From assembly GCF_009914755.1 (NCBI RefSeq), contig NC_060933.1: a DNA stretch of 64,000 bases; one strand, written 5' to 3'. The stretch is from the human T2T-CHM13v2.0 reference genome, Homo sapiens. A program made the translations under genes and the position numbers. Positions 1 to 16,600 of the stretch are shown in pieces; position 1 is the stretch's first letter; each line of letters starts with the position of its first letter. Under the pieces are notes generated by a model. The model saw only the letters and a list, made by a program, of their open reading frames with translations, had not been told where the DNA came from and made no database searches.

Positions 1-612
1 AAAAGAGTGTTTCAAAGCTGCTCAATGTAAAGAAAGGTTCAACACTGTGAGCTGAATGCCCACATCTCAAAGAAGTTTGTAAGAATGCTTCTGTCTAGTT
101 TTTATGTGAACATATTTCCTTTTCCACCATAGGCCTCAAAGGGCTCCACATGTCCTCTTGCAGATTCTACAAAAAGAGGGTTTCAAAGCTGCTCAATTAA
201 AAGAACAGTTCAACTCTGTGTGAGATGAATGCAAACATCACAAAGAAGTTTCTCATAATGCTTCTGTCTAGTTTTGTTGGGAAGATATTTCCTTTTCCAC
301 CATATGCCTCAAAGCGCTCCAAATGCACACTTGCAGATTCTACAAAAATGGTGTTTCAAAACTGACCAATCAAAAGTAAGGTTCAACTCTTTGAGATGAA
401 TGCAGACATCACAAAGTAGTTTTTCAGAATGCTTCTGTCCAGTTTTTATGTGAAGATAAGTCCTTTTCTACTATAGGCCTCAAAGCACTCGAAATGTACA
501 CTTGCAGATTCTACAAAAAGTGTGTTTCAAAGCTGCTCAATCAAAAGAAAGGTTCAATTCTGTGAGATGAATGCATGCATCATGAAGAAGTTTGTCAGAA
601 TGCTTTTGTCTA
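1..612. repeat. Alpha satellite, diverged monomeric A-type (SF4/M1-like), left of retrocopy
   Basis: ~171-bp units with ttccttttccaccatagg (A/pJ-alpha box), ctgctcaat, gagatgaatgc and aagtttgtcagaatg; no CENP-B box. Confidence 0.93.
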
Positions 613-630
613 TTTTTTTTTTTTTTTTTT

Positions 631-969
631 GTGAGCAACAAGGCTGTTTATTTCACCTGAGTGCAGGTGGGCTGAGTCCAAAAAGAGAGCAAAGGGTGAT
701 CGGATTATCATTAGTTCTTATAGGTTTTGGAATAGGCAGTGGAGTTAGGAGCAATGTTTTGCGGGCAGGAGTTGGATCTCACAAAGTACATTCTCAAGGG
801 TGGGGAGAATTACAAATTACAAAGAACCTTCTCAAAGGTGAGGGAGATTACAAAGAACTTTCTTAAGGGTGGGGGAGATTACAAAGTACATCAGTTAGTG
901 TGAAGCAGAAACAAAACACAATGGTGGAATGTCATCAGTTAAGGCTATTTTCACTTCTTTTGTGGATCT
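631..969 (-). mobile_element. HERV-H LTR (LTR7 family, LTR7B-like) fragment: partial U3 + R, ending at the poly(A) site
   Basis: gtgagcaacaaggctgtttatttcacc...gggctgagtcc and gtcatcagttaaggctattttcacttcttttgtgg match the recalled LTR7 reverse complement. It has ~31-bp U3 repeats (781-891), TATA (rc 717-722) and AATAAA (rc 647-652); U5 is absent. Confidence 0.85.
647..652 (-). terminator. AATAAA polyadenylation signal of the LTR, used by the source transcript
   Basis: tttatt at 647-652, 16 nt from the start of the poly(T) tract at 630. Confidence 0.85.
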
Positions 970-1161
970 GGGACGTGAGGAGTGCCTCTGCCTGGACGCC
1001 CATTGTCTGGGATGTGAGGAGCGCCTCTGCCCGGCCGCCCCATCTGGGAAGTGAGGAGCTCCTCTGCCTGGCCACCCCGTCTGGGAAGTGAGGAGCGCCT
1101 CTGCCCGGCCGCCCCATATGGGAAGTGAGGAGCGCCTCTGCCTGGCCACCCTGTCTGGGAG
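967..1161 (+). repeat. SVA/LAVA-type GC-rich VNTR, 5 units of 37-39 bp plus a partial unit
   Basis: Units tctgggaagtgaggagcgcctctgcccggccgcccca start at 967, 1006, 1043, 1080 and 1117; a partial unit starts at 1154. Confidence 0.93.
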
Positions 1162-1166
1162 GTCTA

Positions 1167-1370
<204 letters not shown>

Positions 1371-1629
1371 TCATACTCTAAATTTTTCTATTTTCCTCCC
1401 TTTCTGATCCTTTATCCCACTTTCTTTTTCTTCCTCTTCCTTCTCCTTCTTGTCAAAGACATAGAGGATTGAGTTATTATCATTGATCAATACAAAGTCC
1501 CTCTCTCATTTATTTTCTTTCATTCCCACCCCCCATTTCTATTCCCCATCTTCCTGTGTGCAACCTTCCTAATATGTTTGATATGCTTCTTTTTGTATAT
1601 ATTTTTAGAAAATGTTAAATAAAAAAAAT

Positions 1630-3573
<1,944 letters not shown>

Positions 3574-3678
3574 CCTTTCACAGCTGGGGAGTGGAGCCTG
3601 GGCCTGCGGTGGTGCTGTGTGCCTCCCAGCGCCTGGGGCGGTGCTCTGCACCTCCCGGTGCCTGCGGCGGTGCTGTGC
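3574..3678 (-). other. GC-rich first exon of the source transcript with a 29-bp minisatellite (2.7 units); probably the LSP1/LSP1P alternative non-coding first exon
   Basis: Units start at 3602, 3631 and 3660 (gcctgcggyggtgctgtgygcctcccrgy). The segment joins directly to the LSP1 exon at ...GAAAGG|ATC. Confidence 0.55.
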
Positions 3679-4250
3679 CTTTTGTCTACTTTTTATATGA
3701 AGATATTTCCTTTTCCACCATAGGCCTCCAATTGCTCCAAATGTCCGCTTACAGATTCTACAAAAACAGTGTTTCAAAACTGATCAATGAAAAGTAAGGT
3801 TCAACTCTGTGAGATTAATGCACACATCACAAAGAAGTTTGTCAGAATGCTTCTGTCTCATTTTTATGTGAAGATATTTTCTTTTCTTCTATAGCCTTCA
3901 AAGTGCTCCAAATGTCCACTGACAGATTCTCCAAAAAGAGTGTATCAAAGCTGCTCAATCTAAAGAAATGTGCAACTCCGTGAGATGAATGCATACATCT
4001 CAAAGAAGTTTGTCAGAATGCTTCTGCTTAGTTTTTATGTGAAGATATTTCCTTTTCCACAATAAGGCTCAAGGCACTCCAAATGTCTACCTCCAGATAC
4101 TACAAAAATAGTGTTTCAAAACTGCTCAATGAAAAGTAAGGTTAAACTCTGTGAGAGGAATGCACACATCACAAAGAAGTTTGTCAGAATGCTTCTATCT
4201 AGTTTTTCATGTGAAGATATTTCCTTTTCCACCATAGACCACAAAGTGCT
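3679..4250. repeat. Alpha satellite, A-type monomeric (SF4/M1-like), continuation of 1-612
   Basis: Same diagnostics as 1-612 (aagtttgtcagaatg, ctgctcaat, aaagtaaggtt); no CENP-B box. Confidence 0.9.
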
Positions 4251-4561
4251 CCAAATATCCACTTGCAGATTCTACAAAAAGAGTGTTTCAAAACTGCTCT
4301 ATCAAAAGAATGGTTCGACTCTGTTAGTTGAGTACACACATCACAAACATGTTTCTAAGAATGCTTCTGTCTAGTTTTTATGGGAAGATATTTCCTTTTT
4401 CACCACAGGCCACAAAGCTCTCCAAATGTCCACTTTGAGATACTACAAAATGAGTGTTTCAAACCTGCTCTATGAAAGGAATGTTCAACTCTGTGTCTTA
4501 AATGCAAACATCACCAAGAAATTTCTGAGAATGCTTATGTCTACTTTCTAAATGAAGCTAT

Positions 4562-4578
4562 TCCCGTTTCCAACGAAA
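4562..4578 (-). promoter_or_regulatory. Intact CENP-B box
   Basis: tcccgtttccaacgaaa is the reverse complement of TTTCGTTGGAAACGGGA (core TTCG....A..CGGG). Confidence 0.9.
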
Positions 4579-4903
4579 TCCTCAAAGCTATGCAAATATC
4601 CACATGAAGATTCTACAAAAAGAGTGTTTCAAAACTGATGTCTCAAAAGAAAGTTTCAATTCCATTAGCTGAGTACACACAAAACAAACAAGTTTCTGAG
4701 AATGCTTCTGTCAAGTTTTTATGGGAAGATATTTGCTTTTTCACCATAGGCTTCAAAGCGCCCCAATTGTTTACTTACAGATACTACAAAAAGAGTGTTT
4801 CAAACCTGCTCTATGAAAGGAAATGTCCAACTCTGGAGCTTGTATGCAAACATCACAAAGATGTTTCTGAGAATCCTTCTGTGTAGATTTTACATGAAGA
4901 TAT

Positions 4904-4920
4904 TCCCGTTTCCGACGAAA
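4904..4920 (-). promoter_or_regulatory. Intact CENP-B box core
   Basis: tcccgtttccgacgaaa, 342 bp from the previous box. Confidence 0.85.
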
Positions 4921-7481
4921 TTCTCAAATCTATGCAAATATCCACATGCAGATTCTACAAAAAGAGTGTTTCAAAACTGCTCTATGAAAAGACATGTTCA
5001 ACTCCGTTACTTGAGTACACACATCACAGACAAGTTTCTGAGAATGCTTCTGTCTAGTTTTCATGGGATGATATATCCTTTTTCAAAATAGGCCTCAAAG
5101 TGCTCCAAATGTCCACTTCCAGATACTACAAAAAGAGTGTTTCAAACCTGCTCTATGAAAGGAAGGTTCAACTCTGTGACTTGCATGGAAACGTCACAAA
5201 GAAGTTTCTGAGAATGCTTCTGTCTACTTTTTAAACGAAGATATTCCCATTTCCAACGAAATCCTCAAAGCTATGCAAACATCCACTTGCAGATTCTACA
5301 AAAAGAGTGATTCAAAACTGCTCTATCAAAAGAAAGGTTCAACTCTGTTAGTTGAGTACAAACATGACAAACAAGTTTCTGAGAATGATTCTGTCTAGTT
5401 TTTATGGGAAGATGTTTCCTCATTCACCACAGGCCTCAAAGCCCTCCAAATTTCCACTTCCGGATACTACAAAAAGAATATTTCAAACCTGCTCTATGAA
5501 AGGGAAGGTTCAAATCTGTGACCTGAATGCAAACATCAGAAAGAAGTTTCTGCGAATGCTTCTGTCTACTTTTTATATTGGCATTCCCATTTCCAACGAA
5601 ATCCTCAAAGCTATCCAAATATCCACTTGCAGATTCTATAAAAAGATTTTTTCCAAACTGTTCTATCAAAAGAAAGGTTCAACTCTATTAGTTGGGTACA
5701 CACATAATAAACAAGTTTCTGAGAATGCTTCTGTGTAGTTTTTAAGGGAAGATATTTCCTTTTTCACCATAAGCCACAGAGCTCTCCAAATGTCCACTTC
5801 CAAATACTACAAAAAAAGTGTTTCAAACCTGCTCTATGAAAGGGAATGTTTAACTCTGTGACTTGAATGCAGACATCACAAAGATGTTTCTGAGAATGCT
5901 TCTGTATAGATTTTATATGAAGATATTCCCATTTCCAACGAAATCCTCAAAGCTATCCAAATAACCACTTGCAGATTCTACAAAAAGTCTGTTTCGAAAC
6001 TGCTCTATCAAAAGAAACGTTCAACCCTGCTAGTTGAGTACACACATCGCAAACAAGTTTCTGAGAGTTCTTCTGTTTATTTTTATGGGAAGATGTTTCC
6101 TTTTTCACAGTAGGACTCAAAGCGCTCCAAATGTCCACTTCCAGATACTACGAAAATTGTGTTTCAAACCTGCTCTATGAAAGAGAATGTTCAAATCTGT
6201 GACTTGAATGCAAACATCACAAAGAAGTTTCTGAGAATGCTTCCACTTTTTATATGAATATAATATGTTTCCAACGAAATCCTCAAAGCTATCCAAATAT
6301 CCACTTGCAGATTCTACAAAAAGAGTGTTTCAAAACTGCTCTATCAAAAGAAAGGTTCAACTCTGTTAGTTGAGTACACACATCACAAACAAGTTTCTGA
6401 GCATGCTTCTGTCTAGTTTTTATGCGAAGATATTTCCTTTTTCACCATAGGCCACAAAGCGTTCCAAGTGTCCAGTTCTAGATACTACAAAAACAGTGTT
6501 TCAAACCTGCTCTAGGAAAGTGAATGTTCACTTCTGTGACTTGAATGCAAACATCACGAAGATGTTTCTGAGAATGCGTCCTTCTAGATTTTATGTGAAG
6601 ATATTCCCTTTCCCAACGAAATCCTCAATCTATCCAAATATCCACTTGCAGACTCTACAAAAAGAGTGTTTCAAAACTGCTCTATCAAAAGAAAGGTTCA
6701 ACTCTGTTAGTTGAGTACACACATCACCAACAAGTTTGTGAGAATGCTTCTGTCTAGATTTTATATGAATATATTCCCATTTCCAACGAAATCCTCAAAT
6801 CTATCCTAATATCCACTTGCAGATTCTGCAAAAAGAGTGTTTCAAAACTGCTCTATCAAAAGAAAGGTTCAACTCTGTTAGTTGATTACACACATCACAA
6901 ACAAGTTTCTGAGAATGCTTCTGTCTAGTTTTTATGGGAAGATATTTCCTTCTTCACTATAGGCCAAATAGCGCTCCAAATGTCCAGTTGCAGATACTAC
7001 AAAAAGAGTGTTTCAAACCTGCTCTATGAAAGGGAATGTTCAACTCTGTGACTTCAATGCAAACATCACAAAGAAGCTTCTGAGAATTCTTCTGTCTAGA
7101 TTTTATATGAAGATATTCCCTTTCCAACGAAATCCTCAAAGATCTCGAAATATCCACTTGCAGATTCTACAAAAAGAGTGTTTCAAAACTGCTCTATGAA
7201 AAGAAAGGTTCAACTCTGTTAATTGAGTACACACATCACAAACAATTTTCTGAGAATACTTCTGTCTGGTTTTTTTTTTATGCTTTTATTTTTAGGGTAC
7301 CTCTGCACATTGTGCAGGTTAGTTACATATGTTTACATGTGCCATGTTGGTGCTCAGCACCCACTAACTCATCATCTAGCATTAGGTATATCTGCCGATG
7401 CTATCCCTGCCCCCTCCCCCCACCACACAACAGTCCCCAGAGTGTGACATTCCCCTTCCTGTGTCCATGTGACCTCATTGT

Positions 7482-11634
<4,153 letters not shown>

Positions 11635-11697
11635 TATGATGTTAGCTGGTGATTTTTCTCGTTAGTTGATGCAGTTTCTTCCTAGTCTCGATGGTCT

Positions 11698-12713
11698 TTA
11701 CATTTTGGCATGATCTTGCAGCGGCTGGTACTTGTTGTTCCTTTCCATGTTTAGTGCTTCCTTCAGGAGCTCTTGTAAGGCAGGCCTGGTGGTGACAAAA
11801 TCTCTCAGCATTTGGTTGTCTGTAAAGTATTTTATTTCTCCTTCACTTATGAAGCTTAGTTTGACTGGATATGAAATTCTGGGTTGAAAATTCTTTTCTT
11901 TAAGAATGTTGAATATTGGCCCCCACTCTCTTCTGGCTTGTAGGGTTTCTGTCGAAAGATCCGCTGTTAGTCTGATGGGCTTCCCTTTGAGGGTAACCCG
12001 ACCTTTCTCTCTGGCTGCCCTTAACATTTTTTCTTTCGTTTCAGCTTTGGTGAATCTGACAATTATGTGTCTTGGAGTTGCTCTTCTGGAGGAGTATCTT
12101 TGTGGTGTTCCCTGTATTTCCTGAATCTGAATGTTGGCCTGCCTTGCTAGATTGGGGAAGTTCTCCTGGATAATATCCTGCAGAGTGTTTTCCAACTTGG
12201 TTCCATTCTTCCCATCACTTTCAGGTACACCAATCAGACGTAGATTTGGTCTTTTCACATAGTCCCATATTTCTTGGAGGCTTTGCTCATTTCTTTTTAT
12301 TCTTTTTTCTCTAAACTTCCCTCCTTGCTTCATTTCATTCATTTCATCTTCCATCGCTGATACCCTTTCTTCCAGTTGATCACATTGGCTCCTGAGGCTT
12401 CTTCATTCTTCACGTAGTTCTCGAGCCTTGGTTTTCAGCTCCATCAGCTCCTTTAAGCACTTCTCTGTATTGGTTATTCTAGTTATACATTCGTCTAAAT
12501 TTTTTTCAAAGTTTTCAACTCTTTGCCTTTGGTTTGAATGTCCTCCCATAGCTCAGAGTAATTTGATCTTCTGAAGCCTTCTTCTCTCAGCTCATCAAAG
12601 TCATTCTCCATCCAGCTTTGTTCCGTTGCTGGTGAGGAACTGCGTTCCTTTGGAGGAGGAGAGGCACTCTGCTTTTTAGAGTTTCCAGTTTTTCTGTTCT
12701 GTTTTTTCCCCAT
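11698..12713 (-). pseudogene. L1 ORF1 (RNA-binding p40), frameshifted
   Basis: MGKKQNRKTGNSK... through ...QPLQDHAKM; 1016 bp, consistent with a 1-bp deletion near 12520. Confidence 0.95.
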
Positions 12714-13607
12714 CTTTGTGGTTTTATCTACTTTTGGTCTTTGATGATGGTGATGTACAGATGGGTTTTTCGTGTGGATTTCCTTTCTGATTGTTAGTTT
12801 TCCTTCTAACAGAGAGGACCCTCAGCTACAGGTCTGTTGGAGTACCCTGCCGTGTGAGGTGTCAGTGTGCCCCTGCTGGGGGGTGCCTCCCAGTTAGGAT
12901 GCTCGGGGGTCAGGGGTCAGGGACCCACTTGAGGAGGCAGTCAGCCCATTCTCAGATCTCCAGCTTCATGCTGGGAGAACCACTGCTCTCCTCAAAGCTG
13001 TCAGACAGGGACATTTAAGTCTGCAGAGGTTACTGCTGTCTTTTTGTTTGTCTGTGCCCTGCCCCCAGAGGTGGAGACTAGAGAGTCACGCAGGCCTCCT
13101 TGAGCTGTGGTGGGCTCCACACAGTTCGAGCTTCCTGGCTGCTTTGTTTACCTAAGCAAGCCTGGACAATGGCGGGCGCCCCTCCCCCAGCCTCACTGCC
13201 GCCTTGCAGTTTGATCTCAGACTGCTGTGCTAGCAATCAGCGAGACACCGTGGGCTTAGGACCCTCTGAGACAGGTGCGGGATATAATCTCGTGGTGCGC
13301 CGTTTTTTAAGCCGGTAAGAAAAGCACAGTATTCAGGTGGGAGTGACCCGATTTTCTAGGTACCATCCGTCACCCCTTTCTTTGACTCGGAGAGGGAACT
13401 CCCTGACTCCTTGAGCTTCCCAAGTGAGGCAATGTCTTGCCCTGCTTCGGCTCACACATGGTGCGTGCACCCACTGACCTGCACCCACTGTCTGGCACTC
13501 CCTAGTGAGATGAACCCGGTACCTCAGATGGAAATGCAGAAATCATCCATCTTCTGCGTCGCTCAAGCTGGGAGCTGTAGACCAGAGCTGTTCCTATTCG
13601 GCCATCT
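12714..13607 (-). promoter_or_regulatory. L1 5'UTR with internal sense and antisense promoters
   Basis: Matches the young primate L1 5'UTR up to AGATGGCCGAATAGGAACAGCTC; several CpGs have decayed. Confidence 0.85.
13169..13318 (+). pseudogene. L1 ORF0 (antisense ORF), truncated to 49 aa
   Basis: MAGAPPPASLPPCSLISDCCASNQRDTVGLGPSETGAGYNLVVRRFLSR* matches the recalled 71-aa ORF0 up to a premature TAA. Confidence 0.85.
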
Positions 13608-16600
13608 ACACACACATCACAAAGAAGTTTCTGAGAATGCTTCTGTCTAGTTTCTATGTGAGGATATTTCCTTTTTCACCATAGGCCTCCAAGTGCTGCA
13701 AGTGTCCACTACCAGATACAACAAAAAGAGTGTTTCAAAGCTTCTCTATGAAAAGGAATGTTCAACTCTGTGAGTTGAATGCAAACATCACAAAGTAGTT
13801 TCTGAGAATGCTTCTGTCTGGTTTTTATGTGAAGATAATCCAGTTTCCAATGAAATCCTCAAAGCTATCCAAATATCCACTTCCAGATTCTACGAAAAGA
13901 GTGTTTCAAAACTGCTCTATCAATAGAAGAGTACAACTCTGTGAGTTGAGTACACACATCCCAAGGAAGTTTCTGAGAATTCTTCTGTCTAGTTTTTATG
14001 CGAAGATATTTCCTTTTACACCATAGGCCTCTAAGCGCTCCAAATGTTCACTTACAGATTCTACAAAAAGAGTGTTTCAAAACTGCTCTATGAAACGGAA
14101 TGTTCAACTCTGTGATTTGAATGCAAACATCACAAAGAAGTTTCTGGGACTGCTTCTGTCTAGTTTTTAAGTGAAGGTATTCTCGTTTCCAACGAAATCC
14201 TCATAGCATTTTAAATATCCACTTGCAGATTCTACAAAAAGGGTGTTTCAAAACAGCTCTATCAAAAGAAAAGTTCAACTCTGAGAGTTGAGTACACATA
14301 TCACAAAGAAGTTTCTGAGAATTCTTCTGTCTAGTTTTTATGGGAAGATATTTCCTTTTTCACCATAGGCCTCAAAGGGCTCCAAGTTTCCACTTACAGA
14401 TTCTACAAAAAGAGTGTTTCAAAACTGCTCTAGGAAAACGAATGTTCAACTCTGTGAGTTGAATGCAAGCATCACAAAGTAGTTTCTGACAATGCTTCTG
14501 TCTAGTTTTTATGTGAAGAGATACCTGTTTCCAACGAAGGCCTCAAAGCTGTCCAAATATCCACTTGCAAATACTACAACAAAAGTGTTTCCAATCTGCT
14601 CTATCAAAAGAAAGATTCAACTCTGTGAGTTGAATGCACACATCACAAAGAATTTTCTGAGAATGCTTCTGTATAGTTTTTAATTGAAGATATTCCTGTT
14701 TCCAGTGAAATCCTCAAAGCTATCCAAATATCCACTTTCAGATTCTACAAAAAGAGTGTTTCAAAACTCCTGTCTCAAAAGAAATGTTCAACTCTGTGAG
14801 TTGAGTGCACACATCACAAAGAAGTTTCTGGGAATGCTTCTGTCTAATTTTTACATGAAGATGTTTCCTTTTTCACCATAAGGCACAAATCGCTCCAATT
14901 GTCCACTTCCAGATACGACAAAAAGAGTGTTTCAAAACTGCTCCATGAAAAGGAATGTTCATCTCTGTGAGTTGAATGCAAACATCACAAAGAAGTTTCT
15001 GAGAATGCTTCTCTCTAGTTTTTATGTGAAGATATTCCCGCTTCCAATGAAATACCCAAAGCTATCCAATTATCCATTTTGAGTTTCTCCAAAAAGAGTG
15101 TTTCAAAACTGCTGTATTAAGGAAAGGTTCAACTCTCTTTGTTGAGTACACACATCATAAAAAAATTTCTGAGAATGCTTCTGTCTAGTTTTTATGTGAA
15201 GATATTTCCTTTTTCACCATAGACCTCAAAGCGCTCAAAATGTACACTTCCAGATACTACAAAAAGAGTGTTTCAAAACTGTTCTATGAAAAGGAATGTT
15301 CAACACTGTGAGTTGATTGCGAGCGTCACAAAGAAGTTTCTGACAATGCTTCTGTCTAGTTTTTCTGTGAAGATATTCCCGTTGCCAACAAAAGCCTCAT
15401 AGCTATCCAAATATCCACTTGCAGATTCTACAAAAAGAGTGTTTCAAAACTGCTGTATCAAAAAAAATGTTCAACTATGTAAGTTGAGTACACACATCAC
15501 GAAGCAGTTTCTGAGAATGCTTCTGTCTAGTTTTCTGTGAAGATATTTCCTTTTTAACCAAAGGCCTCAAAGCGCTGCAAATCTCCACTTTCAGATACTA
15601 CAAAAAGAGTGTTTCAAAACTGCTCTATGAAAGGGAATGTTCATCTCTGTGAGTTGAATGTAAATATCACAAATTAGTTTCTTAGAATGTTTCTGTCTCG
15701 TTTTTATGTGAAGATATTCCCACTTCCAAGGAAATACTCAAAGCGATCCATATACCCACTTGCAAACCCTACAAAAAGAGTGTTTCAAAACTGCTCTTTC
15801 AAAAGAAAAGTTCAACCCTATAAGTTGAGTACACACATCACAAAGAAGTTTCTGAGAATTCTTCTGTCTAGTTTTTATGGTAAGATATTTTCAACATAGC
15901 CCTCAAAGCGCTCCAAGTTTCCACTGACAGGTTCTTCAAAAAGAGTGTTTCAAAACTGCTCTATGAAAAGGAACGTTAAACTCTGTGAGCTGAATGCAAG
16001 CATCACAAAGAAGTTTCTGAGAATGCTTCTGATTAGTTTTTATGAGAAGATATTCCCGTTTCCAATGAAACCCTTAAAGCTATCCAAATATCTACTTGCA
16101 GATCCTACAGAAAGAGTTTTTCAAAACTGCTGTATGAAAAGAAAGGTTCAACTCTGTGAGTTGAGTACACACATGACCAAGAAGTTTCTGAGAATGCTTC
16201 TGTCTCCTTTTTATGTGAAGATAATTCCTTTTTCACTGTAGGACCCAAAGCGCTCCAAATGTCCACTTGCAGATACTACGAAAAGAGTGTTTCAAAAATG
16301 CTCTATGAAAGGGAATGTTCAACTCTGTGAGATGAATGCAAACATCACAAAGACATTTCTGAGAACGCTTCTCTCTAGTTTTTATGTGAAGATATTCACT
16401 TTATCAACGAAATCCTCAAAGCTATCCAAATATCCACTTGCAGATGCTACAAAAAGAGTGTTTCAAATCTGCTCTATCAAAAGAAAAGTTGAACTCTGTG
16501 AGTTGAGGACTCACATGACAAAGAATTTTCTGAGAATGCTTCTGTCTAGTTTTTATATGAAGATATTTCCGTTTCCAACGAAAGCCTCAAAGCTGTCCAA

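Larger units (their letters stand above)
4251..7269. repeat. Alpha satellite, diverged A/B dimer (~340 bp), SF1/SF01-like
   Basis: Alternating ctgttagttgagtacacac..aaacaag and ctgtgacttgaatgcaaac monomers. B boxes ..tttccaacgaaatcctc occur about every 341 bp. Confidence 0.8.
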
